A stretch of DNA of 64,000 nt from an uncultured Vibrio sp. (GCF_947488985.1 NZ_CANLBV010000008.1:13505-77504), one strand, 5' to 3'. Positions 9,091 through 21,067 are shown, counted from the stretch's first letter. Notes: generated by a model from the sequence alone, not told the origin. Program-made: numbers and translations.

Positions 9091-11949
9091 ATGAAAAAGG
9101 TTTTACTGGGTACACTTTCTATTATCGCCATCGCAGGCTGTTCTTACAATGTACCTAGCTCAACATCCTTCTTTTCCTCATTGCCAGAAGGTATCACTCT
9201 TTTAGAAGAGGTTAAGCCCTCTAAAGACAAAGTGGTGATCCCTTACACCAAGTATCAGCTTGACAATGGCTTAACCGTCATTCTGTCCCCTGATGATTCC
9301 GATCCACTGGTGCACGTTGATGTGACTTATCACGTCGGCTCCGCTCGTGAAGAGGTGGGTAAATCGGGTTTTGCTCATTTCTTCGAACACATGATGTTTC
9401 AAGGATCAGAGAATGTAGGTGATCAACAGCACTTTAAGATCATCACTGAGGCGGGGGGCTCACTCAACGGCACCACCAACCGTGACCGAACCAACTACTT
9501 TGAAACCGTTCCTTCTAACCAACTGGAGAAAATGTTGTGGCTAGAGTCAGACAGAATGGGTTTCTTATTGGATGCGGTTTCTCAGAAGAAATTCGAAGTT
9601 CAAAGAGGCACGGTTAAAAATGAACGTGCTCAAAGTTATGAAAACCGTCCTTATGGCTTGATGTGGGAGCGCATGGGGGAAGCACTGTACCCTGAAGGTC
9701 ACCCTTACTCTTGGCAACCAATCGGTTATGTTGAAGATCTAGACCGTGTCGACGTCAATGATCTTAAGGCGTTTTTCTTGCGTTGGTATGGTCCAAACAA
9801 CGCGGTGCTGACTATCGGTGGTGATATCGACGTTGATGAGACCCTAGAGTGGGTCGATCAGTATTTTGGCCCTATCCCGCAAGGTCCAGAAGTTGTAGCA
9901 GCAGAAAAGCAACCTGCTGTTCTGACAGAAGATAAGTACATTACTTTAGAAGATAATATTCGTCAGCCTATGGTACTTGTCGGTTGGCCAACCACTTATC
10001 GTGGCGAAGAGACTCAGGCGTCATTGAATGCACTCTCTAATGTATTGGGTTCTGGCACCAACAGTTACTTATACCAAAACCTAGTCAAAACGCAAAAAGC
10101 GGTCAGTGCTGGCTCTTTCCATGATTGTGCTGAGCTTGCTTGTACCATGTATGTGTATGCGATGGGTAACTCAGGAGAAAAAGGTGATTTGACGGTTCTT
10201 AATAAAGAATTGATGGATACCCTAGAGCAGTTCTCGAAAGAGGGCGTTCAGCAAGAGCGTCTAGACCAGATCACCGGCATGGCTGAAGCGGATGCGGTTT
10301 TTGCCCTGCAAAGTGTAAAAGGTAAGGTATCACAGCTCGCGTCTAATCAAACCTTCTATAATCAGCCGGATCGTATTGAGTTTCAACTCGATCAAATTCG
10401 CGCGGTAACCCCAGACAGTGTCAGCCAAGCCTTTCAAGATTTTGTTGAAGGTAAGCATAAGGTGACCTTGAGTGTCGTTCCGAAAAAACAGCTCGAGTTA
10501 GCCGTTCGTGATGCAACCTTTGTGACGCCAGCCCGTACCCTTCCTGAATACAGCAAGGTAACGGAAGAGCAACTGGATTTCAGAAAGGCACCGAACACCT
10601 TTGATCGCAGCGTGATGCCACAAGTGAGCTTTGGTGTTCAAGCGACCATGCCTGAGTTGTATCGCATGCACTATGCAAATGGTACTGATTTGATTGGTAC
10701 TGTCACCCGTGAAACCCCAACCGTACAATTGCAAATTCAACTTCCTGCTGGTGAGCGTTATGTCGCGAAAGGACAAGAAGGCTTGGCAAACCTTACGGCG
10801 GCCATGATGGAAGAAGGCTCGACTCAACGAACGGTGGAAGAGTTGCAGGCGACCTTAGATAAGCTTGGCAGTAGCGTGAGTATTAGCGCTGGCAGTTACA
10901 CCACCGCACTTTCAATCTCCACGCTTGAGAAAAATCTACCTCAAACCCTAGCCATCGTACAAGAGATCCTATTTGAGCCTAAGTTTGATAGCCAAGATTT
11001 CGAGCGTGTTAAGCGACAGATGTTAGAGGGCGTTGTATATCAGCACCAGCAACCAAGTTGGATGGCTTCTCAAGCGACGCGTGAAGTGCTATTCGGTAAC
11101 AGTATTTTTGCGCGTTCAAGCGATGGCACTAAGGAGTCTCTATCGAAATTGACCTTAGACGATGTGAAAGAGTTCTATGCCCAACACTACACCCCACAAG
11201 GTGCCAATATTGTGGTGGTGGGTGATATCACCAAGAGAGAGGTTGAAAAACAACTGCAATTTTTTGAACAGTGGCAAGGTGATGCTGCACCTCTCACTCG
11301 TCCGCAGATCATCAACGATCTTGCAGAGCAGCGTTTGTATCTAGTGGACAAGCCGGGCGCGCCACAAAGTATTGTGCGCTTGGTGCGTAAAGGCTTGCCG
11401 TTTGATGCAACGGGTGAATTGTATTTGAGCCAATTGGCGAACTTTAACTTAGCGGGCAACTTCAATAGCCGTATCAATCAGAACCTACGCGAAGACAAGG
11501 CTTACACTTACGGCGCAAGCGGCTACTTTGCCAGTACTCGAGAAACGGGCGCGGTGGTATTCAGTGCTCAGGTCAGAGCTAATGCAACACTTCCATCAAT
11601 TCAAGAGTTTATTAATGAGATGAATGAGTTTAGCCAAAGTGGTTTAACTGATGATGAGATGAACTTCATGCGCTTAGCGGTAGGTCAGCAAGATGCACTG
11701 AAGTATGAAACACCAAGCCAAAAGGCCGGGTTGTTAAGTAATATTGTTGCATTGAGTCTTGATGAGGACTATCTACAACAGCGTAATAAGATAGTGGAAA
11801 CCGTCTCAAAAGAGACCTTAAACGAGCTATCGAAGAAATGGTTTGACCCGAATGATTATCAAATAATTGTCGTGGGTGATGCGACTTCGCTTCGCCCCGA
11901 ATTAGAAAAGCTCGATATTCCAATAGAAGAGCTTGAAATTGTTCGTTAG
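9091..11949 (+). CDS. M16-family zinc peptidase lipoprotein (insulinase-like)
   Basis: Inverted zinc motif HFFEH, lipobox IAGC, four M16 domains over 952 aa. Confidence 0.92.
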   Translation: MKKVLLGTLSIIAIAGCSYNVPSSTSFFSSLPEGITLLEEVKPSKDKVVIPYTKYQLDNGLTVILSPDDSDPLVHVDVTYHVGSAREEVGKSGFAHFFEHMMFQGSENVGDQQHFKIITEAGGSLNGTTNRDRTNYFETVPSNQLEKMLWLESDRMGFLLDAVSQKKFEVQRGTVKNERAQSYENRPYGLMWERMGEALYPEGHPYSWQPIGYVEDLDRVDVNDLKAFFLRWYGPNNAVLTIGGDIDVDETLEWVDQYFGPIPQGPEVVAAEKQPAVLTEDKYITLEDNIRQPMVLVGWPTTYRGEETQASLNALSNVLGSGTNSYLYQNLVKTQKAVSAGSFHDCAELACTMYVYAMGNSGEKGDLTVLNKELMDTLEQFSKEGVQQERLDQITGMAEADAVFALQSVKGKVSQLASNQTFYNQPDRIEFQLDQIRAVTPDSVSQAFQDFVEGKHKVTLSVVPKKQLELAVRDATFVTPARTLPEYSKVTEEQLDFRKAPNTFDRSVMPQVSFGVQATMPELYRMHYANGTDLIGTVTRETPTVQLQIQLPAGERYVAKGQEGLANLTAAMMEEGSTQRTVEELQATLDKLGSSVSISAGSYTTALSISTLEKNLPQTLAIVQEILFEPKFDSQDFERVKRQMLEGVVYQHQQPSWMASQATREVLFGNSIFARSSDGTKESLSKLTLDDVKEFYAQHYTPQGANIVVVGDITKREVEKQLQFFEQWQGDAAPLTRPQIINDLAEQRLYLVDKPGAPQSIVRLVRKGLPFDATGELYLSQLANFNLAGNFNSRINQNLREDKAYTYGASGYFASTRETGAVVFSAQVRANATLPSIQEFINEMNEFSQSGLTDDEMNFMRLAVGQQDALKYETPSQKAGLLSNIVALSLDEDYLQQRNKIVETVSKETLNELSKKWFDPNDYQIIVVGDATSLRPELEKLDIPIEELEIVR

Positions 11950-12046
11950 AGTACACATTAAAAGGGGGGAAGAGACTCTACTTTTCTCCTCCAACCGAAT
12001 TTATGAAAGTTCTACTCAGAACAATATAAGATAAGTGAACTGAATT

Positions 12047-13615
12047 TTGACTGATTTTACTGCGCGACTAAAGCAAGTTGCAACCAACCCTAAGACCTTC
12101 TCTCAATTTGGTCGTGGTGTTGAAAGGGAAACGTTACGCTACACGGATGATGGGCATCTTGCTACAGGGCCGCACCCTAAAGCTCTGGGAGCGGCGTTGA
12201 TGAATGAATGGGTAACGACCGATTTTTCTGAGTCGCTACTGGAATTTATCACGCCAGTTTCTAATGATGTTCCTACTCTTTTGAATCAGTTGTCTGATAT
12301 TCATCACTTTACGCAAACTAAGTTAGAGGGAGAAAAACTGTGGCCGCTCTCTATGCCTTGTTATGTAGGCAGTGAAGATGATATTCCGCTAGCGCAATAT
12401 GGTACCTCGAATAACGGTAAAATGAAGACGCTATATCGTGAAGGCCTCAAGCGTCGTTACGGTAGCTTGATGCAGATTATTTCGGGTGTTCACTTTAACT
12501 TCTCCTTCCCGGAAAGCTTTTGGGATAGCCTATTTGGTGAGCAAACAGAGGAAGCGCGTTGTGAAGCTAAGTCAGATGCTTACTTTGGTTTGATTCGCAA
12601 TTACTACCGCTTTGGTTGGTTAATTCCCTACTTCTTCGGTGCGTCACCAGCGCTGTGCTCTTCTTTCATCAAAGGAAGAGAGACCAAGCAACCTTTTGAA
12701 AAGGTTGGTGAGACGCTTTTCCTACCCAACGCAACGGCGCTACGCCTGAGTGATCTTGGTTACACTAACAGTGCGCAAAGTGCGTTAAAAATTGGCTTTA
12801 ATAGCCTAGAGCAATACCTTGAAGGTTTGAACCAAGCGATTCGCACACCATCACAAGAATTCGCTGAAATTGGCACTAAGGTTGAGGGTGAATACCGTCA
12901 GTTGAATAGTAATGTTCTGCAAATTGAGAACGAGCTTTACGCCCCTATCCGCCCTAAGCGTGTCGCGAAAAGTGGTGAGAAACCATCTGAAGCATTGGCT
13001 CGTGGCGGTGTTGAGTACATCGAGGTTCGCTCTCTAGACGTAAACCCATTCAGCTCAATTGGTATCACTGAACAGCAAGTTCGCTTCTTAGATCTATTCC
13101 TAACGTGGAGTGTGCTAACTGACTCTGCTGAGATGGATAACTGTGAGCTTGAATGCTGGCGTGATAACTGGAACAAGGTGATCTTAGAAGGTCGTCAGGT
13201 TGGTTTAGAGCTGAAAATTGGTTGTGACGGTGAGCGATTGTCTCTGCAAGATTGGGCTAAGCGCGTGTTCAAAGACCTACGCTCTATTGCCGAAATGATG
13301 GACGCAGAGCAAGGTGGTCGTGCATACCAAGAAACATGCGATACGCTTGAGGCTTGGATTGATAATCCAGAGTTAACGATTTCTGGCCAGTTGCTAGAAG
13401 AGACCAAAAAACTGGGTGGCTTAGGTAAAGTGGGTTGCGCGTTAGGTAAAACGTACGCTCAACAACACAAAGCACACCAATATAAAGTTTACTCAGCAGA
13501 GTTAATGGAAGCGGAAGTTCAGCGATCTGTAATGGCTCAGCAACAAGCTGAAGAAGCAAGCTCTCAAGATTTTGATGGCTTCTTAGCGGATTATTTTTCG
13601 TATTTAAAAGCATAG
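12047..13615 (+). CDS. gshA: Glutamate--cysteine ligase
   Basis: [28 protein letters not shown] and [12 protein letters not shown] motifs; TTG start. Confidence 0.96.
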   Translation: MTDFTARLKQVATNPKTFSQFGRGVERETLRYTDDGHLATGPHPKALGAALMNEWVTTDFSESLLEFITPVSNDVPTLLNQLSDIHHFTQTKLEGEKLWPLSMPCYVGSEDDIPLAQYGTSNNGKMKTLYREGLKRRYGSLMQIISGVHFNFSFPESFWDSLFGEQTEEARCEAKSDAYFGLIRNYYRFGWLIPYFFGASPALCSSFIKGRETKQPFEKVGETLFLPNATALRLSDLGYTNSAQSALKIGFNSLEQYLEGLNQAIRTPSQEFAEIGTKVEGEYRQLNSNVLQIENELYAPIRPKRVAKSGEKPSEALARGGVEYIEVRSLDVNPFSSIGITEQQVRFLDLFLTWSVLTDSAEMDNCELECWRDNWNKVILEGRQVGLELKIGCDGERLSLQDWAKRVFKDLRSIAEMMDAEQGGRAYQETCDTLEAWIDNPELTISGQLLEETKKLGGLGKVGCALGKTYAQQHKAHQYKVYSAELMEAEVQRSVMAQQQAEEASSQDFDGFLADYFSYLKA

Positions 13616-13622
13616 CGAGGCT

Positions 13623-14276
13623 TTGGTGGAAAGTAAGCAAGCCTTATTAGGTCAACCCACTCAGGTGGGGGGGAAATGGTTACCTGTGGTGACTGTAGGT
13701 GTTGTCTCTAGCCTGTTGGTTGGGTGTGCAACACCACCGCCTAAGCAGCAAGATAACTTGTGCAGCATCTTCAGGGAGCACCCATCGTGGTACGAAGATG
13801 CCTTGGATATGCAAGAGGAGTGGGGCACGCCGATTAATATCGCGATGGCTTTTGTCAAACAAGAGAGTAGCTTTCGTCATGATGCGCGCCCGCCCAAAAA
13901 ATACATTCTGGGCTTTATTCCGTGGGGGCGAGTGAGCAGCGCCTACGGCTATGCGCAAGCACAGGACCCTGCTTGGCAAGACTTTCAAAAGGCGACCAAG
14001 CACGGTGGTTCAAGAACCAACTTTGATGATGCACTGATGTTTATTGGTTGGTATACCAGTGAGACACGTCGTCAGTTGGGTATTTCGCTATGGGACCCAT
14101 ATAACCAATACCTGGCTTATCATGAAGGCCGTGGTGGTTATAAGCGTAAGTCATACAACAGCAAGCCATCGTTGATTAAGGTGGCTCGCAAAGTCGAACA
14201 GCAAGCAAAAGATTATGGATGGCAGCTGAAACAGTGCCGCAAAGAACTAGAAGACAATCGAAGCTGGTTTTTCTAA
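13623..14276 (+). CDS. Lipoprotein with transglycosylase SLT-like domain
   Basis: Lipobox LVGC; QESSF and AYGYAQA motifs resemble the lysozyme-like SLT fold. True start is uncertain and may be downstream. Confidence 0.7.
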   Translation: MVESKQALLGQPTQVGGKWLPVVTVGVVSSLLVGCATPPPKQQDNLCSIFREHPSWYEDALDMQEEWGTPINIAMAFVKQESSFRHDARPPKKYILGFIPWGRVSSAYGYAQAQDPAWQDFQKATKHGGSRTNFDDALMFIGWYTSETRRQLGISLWDPYNQYLAYHEGRGGYKRKSYNSKPSLIKVARKVEQQAKDYGWQLKQCRKELEDNRSWFF

Positions 14277-14300
14277 AGCCAGCCGTCACGGAGAAGAGCA

Positions 14301-14819
14301 ATGCCTTTATTAGATAGTTTCACTGTTGATCACACACGCATGAACGCACCTGCAGTTCGTGTTGCTAAAACAATGCAAACCCCAAAAGGGGATACCATCA
14401 CTGTGTTTGACCTGCGTTTCACTGCGCCAAACAAAGACATCCTATCTGAGAAAGGTATCCATACTCTTGAGCATCTATACGCTGGTTTTATGCGTAATCA
14501 ATTGAATTGTTCAGATGTAGAGATTATAGACATTTCACCTATGGGTTGTCGTACAGGTTTCTACATGAGCCTAATTGGTACACCAACAGAGCAGCAAGTG
14601 GCTGACGGTTGGTTGGCTGCGATGAAAGATGTACTGAAAGTTGAGAACCAGAATAAGATCCCAGAGCTGAACGAATATCAATGTGGTACAGCTGCAATGC
14701 ACTCGTTAGACGAAGCGAAAGAGATCGCAAATGCCATCATCGCTGCCGGTATCTCAGTCAACAAGAACGATGAACTGGCATTGCCAGAGTCGATGCTGCA
14801 AGAGCTTAAAATCGACTAA
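14301..14819 (+). CDS. luxS: S-ribosylhomocysteine lyase (AI-2 synthase)
   Basis: [19 protein letters not shown] metal motif, [12 protein letters not shown]. Confidence 0.99.
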   Translation: MPLLDSFTVDHTRMNAPAVRVAKTMQTPKGDTITVFDLRFTAPNKDILSEKGIHTLEHLYAGFMRNQLNCSDVEIIDISPMGCRTGFYMSLIGTPTEQQVADGWLAAMKDVLKVENQNKIPELNEYQCGTAAMHSLDEAKEIANAIIAAGISVNKNDELALPESMLQELKID

Positions 14820-14858
14820 TTAATTTTGGTTTACCTTGAATAAGGTGAGTTAGATATT

Positions 14859-14890
14859 AAAAGGCCCGGTTCGATGAACCGGGCCTTTTT
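14859..14890. terminator. Bidirectional terminator between luxS and the CNNM gene
   Basis: AAAAGGCCCGGTTC-gat-GAACCGGGCCTTTT. Confidence 0.85.
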
Positions 14891-14976
14891 CGTCCACGTA
14901 TTTTAGGACGAGATAAACGTATTTTACGAGGCAGTTGTCGCAGGTGAGCTTGTGATGACTTACTTCGAGCGACTTA

Positions 14977-16248
14977 CTACCCATCAACGATCTGCGGAAA
15001 CACACGTACTAGCTTGATACGGTTCTCTTCGAGCTCGACGATCTCCATCGGATGATGGGCGACCTGAACACTCAAGTGACTTTCCGGAATATCTTCAAGG
15101 TGTTCCAGTATTAAACCATTAAGGGTTCTCGGGCCATCCGTCGGCAGTGCCCACTGCAAGCCTTTGTTAATGTCTCGAATATTCGCGCTGCCTTCAATCA
15201 AGAAGCTGCCATCGCTCTGCGGTGTGATCTCATCAGAGAGGCTTGGGGCGATAGAGGTAGTAAACTCGCCCACGATCTCTTCTAGAATGTCTTCAAGGGT
15301 AACTAAGCCGTTGATATCGCCATATTCATCAACAATTAAACCGATACGCTCTTTATTGCGTTGAAATTTGAGTAGTTGGATGTTGAGTGGTGTCGCTTCT
15401 GGAATGAAGTAGATCTCATCAGCGGCACGCAATAGCGTTTCTTTATTGAACTCGTTCTTTTCTAGCATTAAGCGGTAAGCTTCTCTTAACCTAAGCATAC
15501 CAACCACTTCATCGATCTGATCACGGTACAGCACGATACGGCCATGAGGCGAGTGAGTCAGTTGACGAACGATAGATTTCCAGTCGTCATTGATGTCGAT
15601 GCCGGTGATTTCATTGCGAGGTACCATGATGTCATTCACGGTGACATGCTCTAAATCCAAAATAGAAACCAGCATATCTTGGTGGCGTTGGGGTATCAGG
15701 CTTCCGGCTTCATTCACCACTGTTCTAAGCTCTTCTGAACTTAAATGGTCAGTCGCATCGTGGTTGGCTTTTACACCTAACAAGCGAATGAAGCCGTTGG
15801 TAATGAAGTTCACCAAGATCACCAAGGGAGACAGTACCTTCATCAGTATCATCAATAAGATGCTGCTGGCGTAAGAGACGCGCTCAGGGAATAGAGATGC
15901 GATGGTTTTAGGGGTGACCTCAGCAAAGACTAAGACCACCAATGTCAGGGTTCCGGTCGCGATAGCGACCCCAATATCCCCGTAGATTCGCATACCAAGA
16001 ATGGTCGCGATCGCAGAAGCAAGAATATTGACAAGGTTGTTGCCTATGAGGATGAGGCCTATCAATCTATCAGGGCGGCTTAGCAGCTTTTCTACCCGTT
16101 TAGCACCTTTGTGGCCAGTATTGGCTAAGTGCTTTAGGCGGTAGCGGTTCAAGGACATCATGCCCGTTTCAGAACCAGAGAAATAACCAGAAATTATAAT
16201 GAGACACGCGAGTAGCGCAAATAAGATACCCGTAGATATGTCGTCCAA
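14977..16248 (-). CDS. CNNM/CorB (HlyC/CorC family) Mg2+ transporter: DUF21 + CBS pair + CorC domain
   Basis: FSGSETGMMSLN, AEVTPKT, tandem CBS (IVDEYGDINGLVTLEDILEEIVG); YfjD-like. Confidence 0.9.
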   Translation of the reverse strand: MDDISTGILFALLACLIIISGYFSGSETGMMSLNRYRLKHLANTGHKGAKRVEKLLSRPDRLIGLILIGNNLVNILASAIATILGMRIYGDIGVAIATGTLTLVVLVFAEVTPKTIASLFPERVSYASSILLMILMKVLSPLVILVNFITNGFIRLLGVKANHDATDHLSSEELRTVVNEAGSLIPQRHQDMLVSILDLEHVTVNDIMVPRNEITGIDINDDWKSIVRQLTHSPHGRIVLYRDQIDEVVGMLRLREAYRLMLEKNEFNKETLLRAADEIYFIPEATPLNIQLLKFQRNKERIGLIVDEYGDINGLVTLEDILEEIVGEFTTSIAPSLSDEITPQSDGSFLIEGSANIRDINKGLQWALPTDGPRTLNGLILEHLEDIPESHLSVQVAHHPMEIVELEENRIKLVRVFPQIVDG

Positions 16249-16374
16249 AACTATGCTTTTCCTATTTGTGTATCTTGACTAATTTATGACCGAACATGGT
16301 CGAGATGTCAATTGAATATATAGCACTCTATACTTTAAGGGCAGGGGTGTAAAACCTTGCCCTTAATTGACCGA

Positions 16375-17169
16375 TTACTTGAGAATGATTTCCTGAACAA
16401 AGCGGCTACCAAAGTAGGCCAATGTCAGCATGCTAGCACCCGCAAGAGCGAACCAGGTTACCTTTTGTCCACGCCAACCTTTTTGGTAATGTCCCCATAA
16501 AAGAATGGAGTAGATAACCCAAGCGATAAAAGACAGCACCGCCTTGTGAGCTTTTCCTTGCGCAAACATATCTTGCACGAAGATAAGGCCTGTTAACAAC
16601 GTGCCGGTTAATAAGCCGTTACCGATAAGAATGATTTTGAAAAGCTGTCTTTCTACCATCATTAAGGGAGGGAGATTCGGGTTTATCACTAGTGCTTTTT
16701 TCTTTTTAAGCTTGTGATCCAGCCATGCGAGTTGCAGAGCGTACAGCGCACCGATGGTCAGCGTCGCGTATGAGAATAGCGCAAGGGAGATATGAACCAG
16801 TAGCTTGGGATCATTCTCTAAATGTTTAATAAAGGTGCTCGGCAGAAACGTCGCTGCTATTAAGTTCAGCGCGGCAAAGCTATAAACGACTGGCAAGATA
16901 AACCACAAGCGAGTTTTGAGCATCGCGCTGCTCATCACTAGCGATATGATTAAACTGATTAATGAGGCCACGTTCAAGATACTGAGGTTTTGACCGTTGG
17001 CATTAAAAATCAAATCACCAAGCAACAAAGCATGGAAAGCTAAAGCAAGTAATGCGCTTATAAACACCGTTTTTACACGGATTCCTGTTTGGTGCACGAG
17101 ACCTGGAATGATCGTGGAAATCGCCATTGTATAAAGAAAGGCTGCTGCGATCGCAATTAGACTGTCCAT
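16375..17169 (-). CDS. ypjD: Inner membrane protein YpjD (cytochrome c assembly family)
   Basis: Multi-TM; HKAVLSFIAW and HYQKGWRG motifs; divergent from ffh. Confidence 0.85.
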   Translation of the reverse strand: MDSLIAIAAAFLYTMAISTIIPGLVHQTGIRVKTVFISALLALAFHALLLGDLIFNANGQNLSILNVASLISLIISLVMSSAMLKTRLWFILPVVYSFAALNLIAATFLPSTFIKHLENDPKLLVHISLALFSYATLTIGALYALQLAWLDHKLKKKKALVINPNLPPLMMVERQLFKIILIGNGLLTGTLLTGLIFVQDMFAQGKAHKAVLSFIAWVIYSILLWGHYQKGWRGQKVTWFALAGASMLTLAYFGSRFVQEIILK

Positions 17170-17369
17170 GGTATCCATTTTAATGATTACTAGTAGGCGA
17201 ATTATACCTTGCATCGCCCTTTGGGGCTACGGTGAACCGCACTCAATTCCAAGTGAACAGCGTCTCATATCACAAGCGTGGATGATTAACGCGCTCCAAC
17301 GGGTATGACTCTAATCCACGCTAATGTATACTGACAGTAATAGTCGCAGGATTGAGCGAAGAGAAAACT

Positions 17370-18764
17370 ATGTTTGATAATCTAACGGATCGTCTATCCA
17401 AAACGCTGAAGAATATCAGCGGTAAAGGTCGCCTGACCGAAGACAATATTAAAGATACGCTGCGTGAAGTGCGTATGGCGCTACTTGAAGCCGACGTGGC
17501 ACTACCCGTTGTCCGCGATTTTGTTAAGCGTGTAAAAGAAGGCGCTGTCGGTGTTGAGGTCTCTAAATCTCTCACACCGGGTCAAGAGTTCATTAAACTT
17601 GTTCAAGCTGAGCTTGAGGCGGTAATGGGTGAGTCTAACGAGGCTCTTAACCTAGCCGCGCAGCCGCCAGCCGTGATCTTAATGGCAGGTCTACAGGGGG
17701 CGGGTAAAACTACATCGGTAGGTAAGCTATCTAAGCTTCTTACTGAGCGTGACAAGAAGAAAGTTTTGGTTGTGTCTGCCGACGTTTACCGTCCAGCGGC
17801 GATCAAACAGCTTGAAACGTTAGCAAGCGATGTTGGTGTCGACTTCTTCCCATCTTCAGCGGATCAAAAGCCTCTTGATATCGCAAACGCTGCTATCGAC
17901 CACGCGAAGAAGAAATTCTACGACGTGCTATTAGTCGATACTGCCGGTCGTTTGGCTATCGATGAAGAGATGATGGGCGAGATCACCGAGCTTCATACTG
18001 CCATTAAACCGGTAGAGACCCTGTTTGTTGTTGATGCAATGACAGGTCAAGATGCCGCGAACACGGCAAAAGCTTTTGGTGATGCGCTGCCACTAACCGG
18101 TGTTATTTTGACCAAAGTGGATGGTGATGCGCGTGGTGGTGCTGCACTGTCTGTTCGTCATATAACAGGCAAACCGATTAAATTCTTAGGGGTTGGTGAA
18201 AAGACTGACGCACTAGAACCGTTCCACCCAGATCGTGTTGCTTCTCGTATTTTAGGCATGGGCGACGTACTGTCTCTTATTGAAGACCTGCAGAAAAACG
18301 TCGATACCGAAAAAGCAGAGAAGCTAGCGAAGAAGTTCAAAGAGAAGAAAGGCTTTGACCTTGAAGACTTCCGTGAACAGCTTGGTCAGATGCAAAACAT
18401 GGGCGGCATGATGGGCATGATGGATAAGCTGCCAGGCATGTCTCAATTGCCAGACAACGTTAAAGATAAAGTCGATGACAAGATGTTTAAGCAGATGGAA
18501 GCAATCATCAACTCTATGACCATGAAAGAGCGCCAGCGCCCTGAGCTGATCAAAGGCTCACGCAAAAAGCGTATTGCTGCTGGTTCTGGTACTCAAGTAC
18601 AAGATGTAAACCGTATGTTAAAACAGTTCACTCAAATGCAGAAGATGATGAAGAAAATGCAAAAGGGTGGAATGAAAGGCATGATGCGCAACATGCAAGG
18701 CATGATGGGCGGCGGTGGCGGTATGGGCGGAATGGGTGGTGGTTTTAACCCGTTCGGTCGATAA
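17370..18764 (+). CDS. ffh: Signal recognition particle protein Ffh
   Basis: MFDNLTDRL start, GLQGAGKTT, DTAGR, TKVDG, Met-rich M domain. Confidence 0.99.
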   Translation: MFDNLTDRLSKTLKNISGKGRLTEDNIKDTLREVRMALLEADVALPVVRDFVKRVKEGAVGVEVSKSLTPGQEFIKLVQAELEAVMGESNEALNLAAQPPAVILMAGLQGAGKTTSVGKLSKLLTERDKKKVLVVSADVYRPAAIKQLETLASDVGVDFFPSSADQKPLDIANAAIDHAKKKFYDVLLVDTAGRLAIDEEMMGEITELHTAIKPVETLFVVDAMTGQDAANTAKAFGDALPLTGVILTKVDGDARGGAALSVRHITGKPIKFLGVGEKTDALEPFHPDRVASRILGMGDVLSLIEDLQKNVDTEKAEKLAKKFKEKKGFDLEDFREQLGQMQNMGGMMGMMDKLPGMSQLPDNVKDKVDDKMFKQMEAIINSMTMKERQRPELIKGSRKKRIAAGSGTQVQDVNRMLKQFTQMQKMMKKMQKGGMKGMMRNMQGMMGGGGGMGGMGGGFNPFGR

Positions 18765-18862
18765 CCGACAAATGTAAGCTTTAGCTGCGTTACTTTTCAT
18801 AGTGTTAGACGTGTCACAAAAAGTGTACGCCAACTATGTTGGTGAAAAAGTAGCTAAAGCTC

Positions 18863-18890
18863 TTGCATTGAACCGGAATAAGAGTAAAAT
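18863..18890 (+). promoter_or_regulatory. Putative promoter of the rpsP-rimM-trmD-rplS operon
   Basis: TTGCAT-N16-TAAAAT followed by a GC-rich discriminator and a leader hairpin ACCCCAAG...CTTGGGGT. Confidence 0.55.
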
Positions 18891-18976
18891 TCCGGGGCTT
18901 TAATTTGGCACGAGACCCCAAGCTATTTACTTATACTTGGGGTTAATTATTTTATTAAGAAAGCAAAGAGGACGAC

Positions 18977-19225
18977 ATGGTAACCATTCGTTTGGCACGT
19001 CACGGTGCAAAGAAGCGCCCATTTTATCAAATCGTAGTTGCGGATAGCCGTAACGCTGCAACTGGCCGTTTCATCGAGAAAGTAGGTTTCTTTAACCCTA
19101 CAGCTCAAGGTCAAGAAGAAGGTCTACGTCTAGACCTAGATCGCGTTAACCACTGGGTTGGTCAAGGCGCATCTCTATCTGATCGTGTAGCTAAGCTAGT
19201 TAAAGACGCTCAAAAAGCGGCTTAA
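18977..19225 (+). CDS. rpsP: 30S ribosomal protein S16
   Basis: [25 protein letters not shown]. Confidence 0.99.
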   Translation: MVTIRLARHGAKKRPFYQIVVADSRNAATGRFIEKVGFFNPTAQGQEEGLRLDLDRVNHWVGQGASLSDRVAKLVKDAQKAA

Positions 19226-19249
19226 TTCTTTTTTAAAGAGAAATAGCTT

Positions 19250-19804
19250 ATGTCGATGAAGGGTAAAGAAACGATGAGCAAGCAAGACGAAAAAATTGTT
19301 ATGGGCAAGTTTGGTGCTACCTATGGCATTCGTGGCTGGCTTAAAGTTTTTTCCTACACAGACAATGCTGAAAGCATATTTGATTACTCCCCTTGGTATG
19401 TTAACCAAAAGGGGAAGTGGGTTGAATTCAAAGTAGAAAGCTGGAAGCGCCATAACAAAGGGATGGTGTGTAAGCTGGAAGGTTTTGAGATCCGCGAGGA
19501 CGCTCATGTACTGACCAACTTTGAAATTGCAGTAGACCCTGCTTCATTACCTGAATTGTCAGAAGAGGAATTCTACTGGCGTGAATTGTTTGGTATGCAA
19601 GTCGTAACCACTAAAGGTTACGATCTAGGTGTCGTTACTGACATGCTAGAAACTGGCTCAAACGATGTTCTAGTAATCAAAGCAAATCTTAAGGATGCTT
19701 TCGGGCAAAAGGAACGGTTAGTACCGTACCTTGAAGAGCAAGTGATCAAGAAAGTTGATCGCGAAGCTCAACGGATCGAAGTTGACTGGGATCCTGGATT
19801 CTAA
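19250..19804 (+). CDS. rimM: Ribosome maturation factor RimM
   Basis: [30 protein letters not shown]; operon position. Confidence 0.97.
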   Translation: MSMKGKETMSKQDEKIVMGKFGATYGIRGWLKVFSYTDNAESIFDYSPWYVNQKGKWVEFKVESWKRHNKGMVCKLEGFEIREDAHVLTNFEIAVDPASLPELSEEEFYWRELFGMQVVTTKGYDLGVVTDMLETGSNDVLVIKANLKDAFGQKERLVPYLEEQVIKKVDREAQRIEVDWDPGF

Positions 19805-19831
19805 CTTTAAAATCATAGAGCGAGAGAACAC

Positions 19832-20572
19832 ATGTGGGTTGGCGTAATTAGCCTATTTCCTGAAATGTTCCGTTCAGTTACTGATTTTGGAGTAACGGGT
19901 CAAGCGGTAAAGAAAGGTCTTTTATCTATTGAGACATGGAATCCTCGCGATTTCACTCATGATAAACATCGCACTGTTGATGACCGACCTTACGGTGGTG
20001 GTCCTGGCATGTTAATGATGGTTCAGCCTTTGCGCGACGCTATCCAAACAGCCAAGCAAGCATCACCGGGAAAGACGAAAGTTATCTACCTTTCACCCCA
20101 AGGTCGTAAACTCGACCAGCAAGGTGTTGAAGAGTTGGCAACAAACGAGAATTTACTTCTTATTTGTGGCCGCTATGAAGGGGTAGATGAGCGCATCATT
20201 CAATCTGAAGTCGACGAAGAATGGTCGATTGGTGATTTTGTGATGACGGGTGGCGAGCTGCCAGCCATGACGTTGATTGATTCCGTCTCTCGGTTTGTGC
20301 CGGGTGTACTGGGAGATTTCGCATCAGCAGAAGAAGATTCTTTTGCCAATGGCTTGCTAGATTGCCCTCATTATACGCGCCCTGAGGTGCTAGACGACAA
20401 AGAAGTGCCCTCGGTACTCAAGTCTGGTAACCATAAGGACATTCGTCGCTGGCGATTGAAACAATCGTTAGGCCGTACTTGGCTAAGAAGACCAGAGCTC
20501 CTGGAAAACCTAGCTCTGACTGACGAACAGGAACAATTACTGGCTGAATTCATTAAAGAGCAACGCTCTTAA
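19832..20572 (+). CDS. trmD: tRNA (guanine37-N1)-methyltransferase
   Basis: [32 protein letters not shown]. Confidence 0.99.
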   Translation: MWVGVISLFPEMFRSVTDFGVTGQAVKKGLLSIETWNPRDFTHDKHRTVDDRPYGGGPGMLMMVQPLRDAIQTAKQASPGKTKVIYLSPQGRKLDQQGVEELATNENLLLICGRYEGVDERIIQSEVDEEWSIGDFVMTGGELPAMTLIDSVSRFVPGVLGDFASAEEDSFANGLLDCPHYTRPEVLDDKEVPSVLKSGNHKDIRRWRLKQSLGRTWLRRPELLENLALTDEQEQLLAEFIKEQRS

Positions 20573-20631
20573 CGAAAAGCAAGCAGTAACCTATTAAATT
20601 TAGTATCAGTTTATTCTAGGAATTTACACAA

Positions 20632-20988
20632 ATGAGCAACATCATTAAGGCTCTTGAAGAAGAGCAACTAAAATCAGACCTTCCTAAATTCGCACCAGGT
20701 GACACTGTTGTAGTTCAGGTTAAGGTAAAAGAAGGTGACCGTGAGCGTCTACAGGCTTTCGAAGGCGTAGTAATCGCTATTCGTAACCGTGGTCTTCACT
20801 CTGCATTCACAGTTCGTAAGATCTCGAACGGTGAAGGTGTAGAGCGTGCGTTCCAAACTCACTCTCCAATGGTTGATAGCATCGAAGTTAAACGCCGTGG
20901 TGCAGTACGTCGTGCCAAGTTGTACTACCTACGTGAGCGTTCTGGTAAGTCAGCTCGTATTAAAGAGAAGCTTACTAAGAAGAAGTAA
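20632..20988 (+). CDS. rplS: 50S ribosomal protein L19
   Basis: [31 protein letters not shown]. Confidence 0.99.
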   Translation: MSNIIKALEEEQLKSDLPKFAPGDTVVVQVKVKEGDRERLQAFEGVVIAIRNRGLHSAFTVRKISNGEGVERAFQTHSPMVDSIEVKRRGAVRRAKLYYLRERSGKSARIKEKLTKKK

Positions 20989-21009
20989 TTCTTTTTGCAT
21001 TCTATCGAT

Positions 21010-21039
21010 AAAAGCGGAGCCATTTGGCTCCGCTTTTTT
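21010..21039 (+). terminator. Terminator of the rpsP operon
   Basis: AAAAGCGGAGCCA-tt-TGGCTCCGCTTTTTT. Confidence 0.88.
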
Positions 21040-21067
21040 GTGTCTGCTATTTGGAGTTTTTAAAGCC

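Noticed and set aside
18680-18764. GGC/ATG-rich low-complexity tail of ffh
   Set aside because: A Gly/Met-rich C-terminus is ordinary for Ffh M domains.
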